From a virus (taxonomy: Duplodnaviria; Heunggongvirae; Uroviricota; Caudoviricetes): a stretch of 64,000 bases of DNA. Positions within the stretch are counted from its first letter, which is position 1, and the number at the start of each line of letters is the position of its first letter. Positions 55,102-63,694 of the stretch are shown here, in pieces. Below the pieces are notes generated by a model. That model was not told the DNA's origin and searched no databases. It was given only the letters and a program-made list of their open reading frames with translations. The DNA is taken from IMG/VR virus record IMGVR_UViG_3300013121_000035, positions 40,203-104,202 of that record; one strand, given 5' to 3'. The position numbers were made by a program, and so were the translations under genes.

Positions 55102-56021
55102 GTCACCGGCAGCTCATCCAGCTGCGAACTCACACACGCCGCCGGCTCCACGTCGCTGCGGACCCCCTTGAACGCGGGGTTGCGCAGCTTGCCGTCACGG
55201 CTGACCGACAGCGCCTCCACCTCCACTACCAGCGGCACCCCGGCGTCGAGCGTCTGCTTGCAGACCGCCAGGTCCGCCTCGGTCAACCCCGAGCCGACCT
55301 TGCCGACCAGCAGCAGCGACGCATCTGGGGCGACCAGGACCAGCTTCAGCGCGCCGACCTTCCCGGCCCTGGCACCCTGGCCGGGCTCGTAGCCGATCGC
55401 GATCGCGGTCAGCCGGCTGGTGGTCTTGAACTTGCACCACGCCGGGCTGCGCCGACCCACATACCGTGAGCCGCGCCGCTTGGCGACCACACCCTCCAGC
55501 CCCAGCGCCCGCACCTGCGCCCACAACGCCACGCCGTCCTCGCACACCACGGAGCGGCGCACCGGGCCGTCCGCCGGCCACGCGGCCGCCAGCTCGTCCA
55601 GGCGTCCCAGGCGCACCTCCAGCGGCTGGCCGCGCAGATCCCGGCCGCCCTCGGCGAGCAGGTCGAACGCGATCAGCGTCGCGGGGAACTGGCGAGCTGC
55701 CAGCCGGATGGAGAAGTCGCCCTGCTGCGCGTCACGGCGGTGGATCGCGGCGAAGTCCGGCCGGCCGCCACGCAGCACAACCAGCTCGCCGTCAACGACA
55801 ACGTCCGTCAACAGCGCAGCCAGCGCGCTGGTCAGATCTGGGTAGCGCGCGCTGATGTCAGCGCCGCGCCGATTGCGCAGCCGCACATGCCCCCCCTCGG
55901 CGACCACGATCGCGCGGACGCCGTCCCACTTGGTATCCCACAGCCACTGACCGCTCGCCTGGAACGCCGCGATCTGCTCGGGCTGTCCGGGACTGGCCAG
56001 CATCGGCTGGAAGCCGCTCAC
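55098..56021 (-). CDS. ATP-dependent DNA ligase (adenylation + OB domains)
   Basis: GTG start overlaps the RuvB-like stop (GTGA). Motif I KWDGVRAIV, then FDLL, EGVVAK, WCKFK. Confidence 0.7.
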   Translation of the reverse strand: MSGFQPMLASPGQPEQIAAFQASGQWLWDTKWDGVRAIVVAEGGHVRLRNRRGADISARYPDLTSALAALLTDVVVDGELVVLRGGRPDFAAIHRRDAQQGDFSIRLAARQFPATLIAFDLLAEGGRDLRGQPLEVRLGRLDELAAAWPADGPVRRSVVCEDGVALWAQVRALGLEGVVAKRRGSRYVGRRSPAWCKFKTTSRLTAIAIGYEPGQGARAGKVGALKLVLVAPDASLLLVGKVGSGLTEADLAVCKQTLDAGVPLVVEVEALSVSRDGKLRNPAFKGVRSDVEPAACVSSQLDELPVT

Positions 56022-57130
56022 GATAGCGCCTTGCCGTGACGGGCGTCCGCCAGCTGCTGGATACGCGCCTGGCCGAGCTGGGTCAGCGAGCGGCCGTTGG
56101 CGGTGCGCGTGATGAACCGGCGGTCCACCAGCAGCTGCTCGACGTAGGCCAGCCCACCCGGCTCGCGCATCTGGTTGGCGATCGCCTTCTCCCCAGCGGT
56201 CCCACCGAGATCGCGCAGCGTGAGCAGGTAGTGCGCGGCCTGGTCGGTCAGCCCGTCGGGGTACAGCCCCGCGCGGCGCAGCGGCACGTCCAGATCGAAC
56301 GTGGTCCCGTCCCAGTTGTCCCCGTCGCGGGCGACGTAGATGTCGCGCACCGCGATCAGCACCGGGATCATCAGCCGCGGCACCCGGTTGGCTGCCGTGG
56401 AGATCGTGTAGTAGAAGTCCGGGTCGGTGGGCAGCGGCACCCCGTCAGTGCCGAACCCGACCCGTGCGGCCAGCTGCACGCAGATCGACAGGGCCTCAAC
56501 TTCGTCGTAGGGGTGCAGCGCTGGGCGGATCAGGAAACGGTCAAGGATCGTCTCCGGCAATCGGCCCGCGTCGGTCGTCGCGCCGATCACCGTGACGTCG
56601 GGCACGTCGTCCAGCGTCACCCCGCCAGCGCCGAACAGCGCGCCGTCCTGCAGGTAGTTCAGCAGCCATTCGGCCTTGCCCTTGCCGCCGTGCACCAACC
56701 GATGGACCTCGTCGATGAACAGAATGTCGTGGTCGTCCAGGCTCACCAGCGCCGCGTAGGCGTCCTTGACCGTGAGCGTCCCCGACAGCATCAGGAACTG
56801 CTGGCCCCACTCCTTGCCGACCAGCATCGCCAGGCTCGTCTTGCCGATCCCCGGGATGCCCGAGGCCAGCAGGATGTGGTCCAGGCGCGCGTCGCGCCGT
56901 CGTGCTGAGGTGATCGCGTCGCGCAGGTGCGCCTTGGCGTCCTCCTGGCCGACGTACTCACTCCAGCTACGCGGGTAGTGGGTGCTGGTGAAGATCGCGT
57001 CGCCGCTGGCCGGGGCGAACTGGCTGGCCAGCGCCGTCGCCTTGCCCTCCTCGCGGATCGCCTTGCGCCGGCGTTGGATGAAGTCCATCGCCACCTGGCC
57101 GGCGAACATGTTGACCGCGCTGCCACGCAT
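56018..57130 (-). CDS. RuvB-like AAA+ ATPase
   Basis: Collinear RuvB pattern: YPRSWSEYVGQ, LDHILLASGIPGIGKTSLA, ILFIDEVHRL, VTVIGATTDAGRLPETILDRF. No ruvA-like gene is adjacent. Confidence 0.6.
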   Translation of the reverse strand: MRGSAVNMFAGQVAMDFIQRRRKAIREEGKATALASQFAPASGDAIFTSTHYPRSWSEYVGQEDAKAHLRDAITSARRRDARLDHILLASGIPGIGKTSLAMLVGKEWGQQFLMLSGTLTVKDAYAALVSLDDHDILFIDEVHRLVHGGKGKAEWLLNYLQDGALFGAGGVTLDDVPDVTVIGATTDAGRLPETILDRFLIRPALHPYDEVEALSICVQLAARVGFGTDGVPLPTDPDFYYTISTAANRVPRLMIPVLIAVRDIYVARDGDNWDGTTFDLDVPLRRAGLYPDGLTDQAAHYLLTLRDLGGTAGEKAIANQMREPGGLAYVEQLLVDRRFITRTANGRSLTQLGQARIQQLADARHGKALS

Positions 57131-57132
57131 GG

Positions 57133-58020
57133 TCAGCTCGCCTTCCGCCGCCGCCTGACCGGCGCCGGCGCGGCCTCGACCGGCTCGGCAGGCGTGGGCT
57201 TGGGCTTGGGCTTGCGGGTCCGCTTGGGCTTGGGCGTGTTGGCCGCCACCGCTGCCCGCAGCGTCGCCATCAGGTCGCCACCAGTCGGCAGCTCAACCAC
57301 TGCCGCCTGCGCCGTGGCCGCCTGCGGGTCCTTGGCCGCCACGATCTCGGCCAGCTTGTCGGCCTTGACGTCGCGGTAGGCAGCCGGGTCGAACGGGCGG
57401 GTCAGGCTCGCCAGGAGCTGCTCGGCCAGCGGCAGCGCACCCTCGGCGAAGCTGGTCGGCACCATCGGCATCGCCTTGATGTCGGCCGGCCAGGCCAGCT
57501 GCTCCAGCACCAGCACGTCGCCGAAGGTCCGCAGCGCGAACATGGTGACGGCCGTTCGCAGCGCCAGCCGGCAGCACAGCGTCAGCTCCGGGTGGGTCTT
57601 GAGTGCCGCTGCGATCAGCGCGTACGCCTCAGCGGTGGAGGCGTCGCTGGTCAGGTAGTAGACCTTGCCGCCCGGCAGCGTCTTGGCCTTGACCTGCTCG
57701 CTCGGATGGGGGAACAGCTCGACCCGCTCGCCCTTGAACGCCTCGACCTCGGCGTCGATCGCGGCCAGCTCCTGGTCAGTGAGCAGGACGTAGGCGTCCT
57801 TGCCCTTGGGCCGGCCCTTGGTGAACGTCGCCTTGTCGGCATTGCCGCACGTCGGGCACGTGCTGGACTGCTTGGGCTTGTCGGGTGGGTGGGGCTTGTC
57901 CGCCGAGCCGACGCACAGCGTCGTGTGCGAGCTCGGGCTGGTGATGGCGCTCTCCACGTCGACCCTGGCCGAGACCAGCGGGCCGAACGCGAGCGTCACC
58001 CCCGAGGTGACCGTTGCCAT
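57133..58020 (-). CDS. ku: Ku (NHEJ DNA end-binding protein) with Lys/Pro-rich C-terminal tail
   Basis: ATG (MATVTSG...) is preceded by AAGGAGG. Ku-core pattern: VTLAFGPLVSARV, CPTCG...DAYVLLTDQELAAID, VELFPHPSEQV, KVYYLTSD, EAYALIAAAL, LAWPADIK. C-terminus carries KPKRTRKPKPKPT. Confidence 0.7.
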   Translation of the reverse strand: MATVTSGVTLAFGPLVSARVDVESAITSPSSHTTLCVGSADKPHPPDKPKQSSTCPTCGNADKATFTKGRPKGKDAYVLLTDQELAAIDAEVEAFKGERVELFPHPSEQVKAKTLPGGKVYYLTSDASTAEAYALIAAALKTHPELTLCCRLALRTAVTMFALRTFGDVLVLEQLAWPADIKAMPMVPTSFAEGALPLAEQLLASLTRPFDPAAYRDVKADKLAEIVAAKDPQAATAQAAVVELPTGGDLMATLRAAVAANTPKPKRTRKPKPKPTPAEPVEAAPAPVRRRRKAS

Positions 58021-58137
58021 GTGAGCCTCCTTGGTTCGAGGCGGCACCCCAACCCGGTGGCAACCGGGGGAGATGCGTTGTCGTCCTGCCAGTATACTAC
58101 AGAATTAGCTAAGTCTCACCTGCTCTGACCAGGTGTT

Positions 58138-58431
58138 TCAGTCCTCCTCACCGTGCTGCGAGAGCGCCAGGTGCACGAAGTGCCGCTTGGTCTCGGCGTG
58201 CAGCTCGCGCTCCACCGTGAGGATCAGCTCATCGAGATCTACGCTGAGGACCGTCTCCTCAACCACGATGCCCAGCGCGTCGCGGAACTCCCAGCTGAGG
58301 TCGTTGGCGTCGGTGTAGTTCTCGTAGTAGCGGCGCACTGCAATCTTCAGCGCCTCGGTCAGCGCCTCCTCGGCGCGCTGATCTGCCAGTGCCCGCAGGA
58401 AGAACCCCGCAGGTGGTTGGGTGTCGGTCAT
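58138..58431 (-). CDS. hypothetical acidic protein (97 aa)
   Basis: Track ORF. Confidence 0.4.
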   Translation of the reverse strand: MTDTQPPAGFFLRALADQRAEEALTEALKIAVRRYYENYTDANDLSWEFRDALGIVVEETVLSVDLDELILTVERELHAETKRHFVHLALSQHGEED

Positions 58432-58482
58432 GTTGGCTGCTCCTTGCTGCCCTGACGGGCGTTGTCGTGGCTGTCCTGCTGC

Positions 58483-58902
58483 TCAGCGGTCCAGGACCTC
58501 CTCGGGAACTCGCCAGCCGGCCAGCTCCCTGCTGATGCCGCTTGGCAACAGATGTGACCGGCGGGTGCGCTGGGCCAACCCCAGCCGTTGCAGCACCTCA
58601 GCCGCCTCGTCGACGGCACGACGCGTCAACCCGGTGCGGCGCATGACCTCGTCGGTCAGCGTCTGGCTGTACCCGTCGGAACTCCACAGCGCCTCGTCCG
58701 CGGCGTGCGCCAGCGCCAACAGCACCAGCTTCACGGTGGCGTTGCGACGCACCGGCAGGTGCGCCCAGGCCCACGCGGTCACCTGCCGGGTGTTCTCCCG
58801 CGCCGGACGGTTGCGGTCCCCGCCGCAACGATCGCAGGTGGTCTCGTAGTACGCCTCCGAGAGCTGCTTGTATGGCATGTGGCAGTCAGCTTGTTGTGTC
58901 AT
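58483..58902 (-). CDS. HTH/winged-helix DNA-binding protein (139 aa)
   Basis: N-terminal CDRCGG Cys pair, then VKLVLLALAHAAD...TLTDEVMRRTGLTRRAVDEAAEVLQRLGL, which is HTH-like. Confidence 0.45.
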   Translation of the reverse strand: MTQQADCHMPYKQLSEAYYETTCDRCGGDRNRPARENTRQVTAWAWAHLPVRRNATVKLVLLALAHAADEALWSSDGYSQTLTDEVMRRTGLTRRAVDEAAEVLQRLGLAQRTRRSHLLPSGISRELAGWRVPEEVLDR

Positions 58903-58923
58903 CAGGTCCTCCTTGGCCGGGCG

Positions 58924-59721
58924 TCATGCGGCCCAGTCCTCGATGTCGTCCACCTGCTCCACGCCGGCCGCGGCGACGACGTCAGCCATCGACAGGTCCA
59001 TGCGGAAGCGGTGGCCCATGCGCGCCTCGGCTGCGGCGTACTCCGTGGCTAGGTCCGGGCGCAGCTGTGCGGCCAGCACGAGCTGACTGCGGCTGGCGAA
59101 CACGCAGAACGAACAGCTCAGCCGTGGCATCCCCTGGTCGTACACCGGGTGATAGGGCACCCCGGACGCCCGGATGCGCTGCCACACCTGCGCGGTGGAC
59201 CAGGCGTGGATCGGCAGCCACTCCCATACGTGCCGGCGGGTCTTGTTGCTCGCCCGCTCGTCGAAGGCGAACGCCGGCCGCTTGGCCCTGGCCGGCGACT
59301 CCGCCGCTCGCAGGCCCATGCAGTTCAGGATCTTCACCGGCCGGTCCAGGTCCAGCTCCCGCACCAGCTGGGTCATCAGCTTGTAGACCTGGTTGCGCTT
59401 GAACTCCGACGTGCAGTAGCGGTTCTTGGCGTCCGGCCACCGGCCGCGCAGCTCGATGCGTTCCAGCAAGTCGATGTCAGGGTGCTCGACGATCTCGAAC
59501 CGCAACCCGTAGTGCGCCGCCTGCCTGCCTGCCAGCTCGGGCACCCCGTCCCACTCCACCCGGCCCAGGTCAGCGTGGACAACCACGATCCGGCTGCGTG
59601 GCACACCCTAGGCGTCGGCCAGCTCGGCCACGACGTCCAGCTGCGCCTGAGAGTCCTTGCCCCCGGAGGAGTTGACCAGCAACACGTCGTAGTCGTTGAG
59701 GTTCACGGTGGCTCCTTGCAT
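58924..59721 (-). pseudogene. PAPS-reductase-like (phosphoadenosine phosphosulfate reductase family) gene interrupted by in-frame TAG at 59608-59610
   Basis: N-terminal segment (ATG about 59721) carries VLLVNSSGGKDSQ. After TAG the same frame continues through GTG 59604: GVPRSRIVVVHADLG...CTSEFKRNQ...SCSFCVF. The two segments together read as a single gene. Confidence 0.5.
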
Positions 59722-59757
59722 GGCAAAGGCCCCGGCGTTGCCGGGGCCTTTGCGAAG
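59722..59757 (-). terminator. perfect 12-bp hairpin abutting the PAPS-reductase-like start codon
   Basis: aaaggccccggc-gttg-gccggggccttt. Lies between the 59765..60001 gene stop and ATG 59721. Confidence 0.45.
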
Positions 59758-59764
59758 TCGGGTG

Positions 59765-60001
59765 CTACTCGCCGTGGATGGCGTCCAATGTGCGGTTGAG
59801 CGCGGCCACGGTCGCCTCGAAGGTGGCGGTGACCATCTCCTCGCTCCGAGGGAAGGTGTACTCAAACACCTCACTGCTGCCATCCAGTCGGACTAGGCGC
59901 AGGATGCAGCGGGTCACGACTCCCCGCGGGTAGCCTTCAATCGTGCGCTCGTCGATCTCGATGCGCCGCAGATTGCGTACGCTGAAGCTCGACAAGTCCA
60001 T
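59765..60001 (-). CDS. hypothetical protein (78 aa)
   Basis: Track ORF. Good GC3. Confidence 0.45.
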   Translation of the reverse strand: MDLSSFSVRNLRRIEIDERTIEGYPRGVVTRCILRLVRLDGSSEVFEYTFPRSEEMVTATFEATVAALNRTLDAIHGE

Positions 60002-60003
60002 CA

Positions 60004-60177
60004 GCCGAGTCTCTTGACTGATGCCACTCGTGCTCCGAGCGCCTCAAAGATGCTCGCCAGTGCGTGCGCGTCGCCGGCTGCGAGGCGCTCGACGAGAGGG
60101 CGGTTCTCCTGCAGAGCGCGTTCGATCTCCTCGGGGCTGAGATCAACCCCTCGCTCCGGAACAGGCTCAGCAGTCAT
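60004..60177 (-). CDS. small protein, paralog A (57 aa, below track cutoff)
   Basis: GGAAGGAG RBS precedes the ATG. Shares PERG...GD.HAL..FE.L with paralog B. An upstream TAGACT -10-like box is present. Confidence 0.4.
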
Positions 60178-60227
60178 GCGGCTCCTTCCATCTGGTGTGT
60201 GTCAGTCTAGCGTAGGCCAGATCAGCG

Positions 60228-60392
60228 AACAGTCTTGGGCTGGACGACGAGCGTCTCGAACAGCCGGTCCAGGGCGTGCACGTCGCCGTTGGCGAGGTAG
60301 CGAACGAGGTGCGTGTGCCCATCGCCGACACGCTCGGTGTCGGGTGCGCCGTGGGGGAGACCTCGCTCGGGGAAGCTGTGCTCAACACTCAT
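60228..60392 (-). CDS. small protein, paralog B (54 aa)
   Basis: Same RBS and upstream sequence as paralog A (about 85% identical over about 30 nt). Confidence 0.4.
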
Positions 60393-60429
60393 GCGGCTCC
60401 TTCCAGATGGTGCCGCTGAGTCTATATCG

Positions 60430-60789
60430 TTACCGAGTTGAGATAAATGGTCCGTTGTTGTCCCAGTCGGCGCCGCGCAGATCCGCCAGCCACAGCAGGT
60501 CCTCGTCGATGGCTGCGGCCAGCTCGCCGAACCTGATGTCGGGGACGTTCGCTGCAAGCAGGCCGTGCTCGTTCGTGAGCTGTTCCGGTGACAGGCGAAG
60601 GTCACCGTCTTCGTTGTAATGGCTGCTCAGCAGCAGCTTCGTCGCAGTCGGGTAGAAGCTGCGCACCTTCGCCACGATCCGCGCCTCCACCGCCTCGCAC
60701 AACGCCCTGGCCGCAGCCGCGTACGCCTGCTCCGCCTCCATGACCCGCTTATCGAGCCCGGTCAGGTCAACGTCCGTCATCGTGGTCAC
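60430..60789 (-). CDS. hypothetical protein (119 aa)
   Basis: Track ORF. Confidence 0.4.
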   Translation of the reverse strand: MTTMTDVDLTGLDKRVMEAEQAYAAAARALCEAVEARIVAKVRSFYPTATKLLLSSHYNEDGDLRLSPEQLTNEHGLLAANVPDIRFGELAAAIDEDLLWLADLRGADWDNNGPFISTR

Positions 60790-61075
60790 CTCCTGCGAAC
60801 CGGGCGCCGGCGGTGAACCCGTCCAGCCACAACCCGGCGCCTCTGACCGTCTCCATCCCGCTGCGACCGCCGTGCGCGTGTAGCGAGCGCTGCATCGCCA
60901 TGTAGATCACGCTGTCCTTGTCGATGTGCTTGGCGACCTCGTGCGGCAGCACCTGGTTGCGCGGCACGCTGTCGGCGGCCATGTCCAGGCCCTGCATGAT
61001 CGCCGCCAACCGCCAGTAGTCCGGGTGGTCGGGTCGTTCGGGGAAGTCGCTGCTGTCTGGACGCTTGTCGGTCAT
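60767..61075 (-). CDS. hypothetical protein (102 aa)
   Basis: Track ORF. Overlaps the downstream gene by 23 nt. Confidence 0.4.
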   Translation of the reverse strand: MTDKRPDSSDFPERPDHPDYWRLAAIMQGLDMAADSVPRNQVLPHEVAKHIDKDSVIYMAMQRSLHAHGGRSGMETVRGAGLWLDGFTAGARFAGGDHDDGR

Positions 61076-61120
61076 CTGTCCTCGCTCTGGTAGTTGTTCG
61101 CTCGTGGTGAACCGTTCCGA

Positions 61121-61696
61121 CTACTGCCAGTCGGCCATGAACTGCTCACCGTCACCAAGATCACCGATCTCGATGATGTCGTTGGGACTGTCGTGGTGGG
61201 CCAGCGCCCGCAGCAGCCAGAAGGCGTGACCGACCAGCGGCCGCAGATGGGCCTCAACCTCCGCCACCGTCGCCGGCCCCACCGTGGCATGGCGGAACCG
61301 CACCGCCCGGTAGGCCACCGTCTGCGCCATGCGCCACAGCTGATCCTCCGGCCCCAGTCGCACACCCGGTGGTGCTGGTGGCGGTGGGGGAGCATCGGTA
61401 CTGGCACGCAGCGCGTCCTGTGCGGCGCGCAAGCTGGCGAAGATGTGCTCGATCACCGCAGGGTCAGCGTGGAAGTCCACCTCGACCCGGTCGATGACCT
61501 GCGGGTCGAACTGGGTCACCAGGTAGTGCCCAGCCGGCAGGACCTCATCGGCTGGCACATCCAGCCGGGTCACCCGCACGCCGTCCCGCTCGATGTCACC
61601 GAACGCATCGACGACGAACCGGCTGACCTTCACGTGACTCAACGCTGCTGCGGCGACCTCGTCGGGCAGCTCGCCCAGGCCGATCACGCGGGTCAT
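61121..61696 (-). CDS. hypothetical protein (about 191 aa)
   Basis: Track ORF with internal ATG (MTRVIGLGEL...). Pro-rich linker PPPPPAPPG. Confidence 0.45.
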   Translation of the reverse strand: MTRVIGLGELPDEVAAAALSHVKVSRFVVDAFGDIERDGVRVTRLDVPADEVLPAGHYLVTQFDPQVIDRVEVDFHADPAVIEHIFASLRAAQDALRASTDAPPPPPAPPGVRLGPEDQLWRMAQTVAYRAVRFRHATVGPATVAEVEAHLRPLVGHAFWLLRALAHHDSPNDIIEIGDLGDGEQFMADWQ

Positions 61697-61698
61697 GG

Positions 61699-62256
61699 TC
61701 ACCACTCCCAACTGGGCAGCTCGTCGATGATCGCCGCGTCCCGGTCGAAGTTGACCCAGGTGCAGTCATGGGCGCGGGCGAACTGAACGACCTTGAGCAG
61801 GTTGGGAAGTTGACCGTGCTCGGCGAACGCGTTGTCTTGCTCGTGCGGGTCGTCGATCTGCACATTCACCCACGCACCGTAGGCGTGCGGGATGACCCGG
61901 GCCGGGAGCTGGTCGGGGTTGATCTCGCTGTCGCGCGCGTTGCGCAACGCCACCATCTCCGCCTGCGGCAGATGCCCGGTGGACAGATCCAGGTAGCGGC
62001 TGATCGGCAGCGTCTCGGTGACAGCCGGCGGGAGCTTGACGTCCACGGTGCTCCAGCCCTCACGGTCGTTGCCGTCGAAGTACGCCTCGATCGCCTCGTC
62101 ACGGTCGGCCGGGATCTCCCCCTCGGAGAAGCCGTCCTCCCAGTGCTCTTGCACCCACAGGTACAGCGACTCCTTAGCCTCATCGTGGGTCCGGTGCACC
62201 TCAGTGATCATGTCGTGCCGCAGGTCGATCGTCAGCACCACACCGTCTCGCTTCAT
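61699..62256 (-). CDS. hypothetical acidic protein (185 aa)
   Basis: Internal ATG (MKRDGVVLTIDLRHDM...) with GAGGAAT RBS. The longer track ORF N-terminus is low-complexity. Confidence 0.45.
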   Translation of the reverse strand: MKRDGVVLTIDLRHDMITEVHRTHDEAKESLYLWVQEHWEDGFSEGEIPADRDEAIEAYFDGNDREGWSTVDVKLPPAVTETLPISRYLDLSTGHLPQAEMVALRNARDSEINPDQLPARVIPHAYGAWVNVQIDDPHEQDNAFAEHGQLPNLLKVVQFARAHDCTWVNFDRDAAIIDELPSWEW

Positions 62257-62276
62257 GATCTCGCTCGATTCCTCAC

Positions 62277-62786
62277 TCAGCTGTGCGCGGTGACCCGCAG
62301 AAACAGCTCCGTGATCGTATTGGCGGGCAGCGCCGCGGTCTCCCACTCGCCACCCGCGCCGTGCTTGGGCCATGCGGTCCAGCGCACCTCATCGGTGCGG
62401 ACCTTGCGCCGGTCCACCTCGCTGCGAACCTCCAGGTCCGCCTCGTCGAGCAGCGCCCACAGCGCCGTCTGGTCAGCGTCGCTGAGGACCTCGAACGTCT
62501 CGGTGTCGCTCTGGATGCGGTCCAGCAGGCCATCCGCGCTGCCGTCGAGCAGCGCCTCGCTCAGCGAACCGTGGTCATCGTCGCGCAGCCATCGCACCCG
62601 GTGGTCCCAGGCCAGCAGCGCGTCCACGTCCCCGTCGGTGGCGCTCAACGTCGCCACCGCCTGCATCTCCTGGCCGATCCGCAGCAGCGCGTCCTCCGTC
62701 AGCGCCACGACCGCGCAGCTCGGCGACTCGTGGTCGCCGTCACCGGAGACGTTGAGCACCACCGTGATGGTCTTGGCGTCGGTCAT
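62277..62786 (-). CDS. hypothetical acidic protein (169 aa)
   Basis: Track ORF. Confidence 0.45.
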   Translation of the reverse strand: MTDAKTITVVLNVSGDGDHESPSCAVVALTEDALLRIGQEMQAVATLSATDGDVDALLAWDHRVRWLRDDDHGSLSEALLDGSADGLLDRIQSDTETFEVLSDADQTALWALLDEADLEVRSEVDRRKVRTDEVRWTAWPKHGAGGEWETAALPANTITELFLRVTAHS

Positions 62787-63262
62787 CGGGCATCCTCCTC
62801 CGCGTCCAGATCCGGGTGCTGGTCCACCAGGTTGTTGCGGACCACCTCGACCAGCTCATCCGGCAGCACTCCGACGAGATCCTCCAGCTCGTCCAGCTTC
62901 AGCCCGGCGTAGTCCGCGTTCTGCTTGCTCTCGTCGTAGTCGATCCTGAACAGCTGCACCCCCGGTGCCGTCTCCGCACCTCGGAACGCCCCGTCCCGCC
63001 ACGACAAGAACACCCAGGCCGGCGCCTGCGGCAGGTTCAGCAGGAACCCACGGGTGTAGGTCTCCTCCACGACACCGTTGTCCGCGAAGCCCTGGAGGGC
63101 GCAGGCCCGGCCGCCGAGCCACATGGCACGGCGCACCAGATCCTCGCCGCTGACGCCAGCCTCCTGGAGGGTCTTGACCAGCTCGTTCATGTCGCGCAGG
63201 CCGGTGTAGAACGCCTTGTCGGTGGGGCTGTCCAGCTTGATGGTCTTGGGTTCCTCGCTCAT
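62783..63262 (-). CDS. hypothetical protein (159 aa)
   Basis: Internal ATG (MSEEPKTIKL...) with GAGGAATC RBS. Confidence 0.45.
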   Translation of the reverse strand: MSEEPKTIKLDSPTDKAFYTGLRDMNELVKTLQEAGVSGEDLVRRAMWLGGRACALQGFADNGVVEETYTRGFLLNLPQAPAWVFLSWRDGAFRGAETAPGVQLFRIDYDESKQNADYAGLKLDELEDLVGVLPDELVEVVRNNLVDQHPDLDAEEDAR

Positions 63263-63684
63263 GATTCCTCGCTCTCTGCGGTCATGGATGGCCATATGGG
63301 CCTGAACACGTCGGTCCCATCGGCCCGACGGAAGCTCAACACCCCCGACGGTGGCCGCTGGTCAATCGGGTACTCCCAGACCTCCGGCCCGTCTTGCGGA
63401 ACGGGACCGCCGTCCCACCAGGTTTCGCGCTCAGCGTTACCCAGGACCGCCGCCCACATGCCGCCTTCCTGGTAGAACCAGTGCGTCGCTGGAGTCGGCG
63501 GCCACTCTGGAGAGTTGGCGCAGACCGCCTCGTCCGTTGCGTACGTCCGGCCGGTCGCCAGCACGGTGGCAGCGACCTTGGCGATGGTGCCCGCGCCCCA
63601 CTGCGCCACCCGCAACGCCTGACAGATGCAGTCCATCGCTGCCCTGTCGCCCAGCAGTGGCTCCTGGTGGTCTGTGATCTTCAC
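63259..63684 (-). CDS. hypothetical protein (141 aa)
   Basis: GTG start with GGCAGGAG RBS. W-rich. Confidence 0.4.
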   Translation of the reverse strand: MKITDHQEPLLGDRAAMDCICQALRVAQWGAGTIAKVAATVLATGRTYATDEAVCANSPEWPPTPATHWFYQEGGMWAAVLGNAERETWWDGGPVPQDGPEVWEYPIDQRPPSGVLSFRRADGTDVFRPIWPSMTAESEES

Positions 63685-63694
63685 TCCTGCCCCC

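Larger units (their letters stand above)
60004..60450 (-). repeat. tandem duplication (about 222-bp unit) of small gene plus its RBS/promoter-proximal region
   Basis: catgcggctccttccatctggtg (60174-60196) matches catgcggctccttccagatggtg (60392-60414). The encoded peptides are paralogous. Confidence 0.6.
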
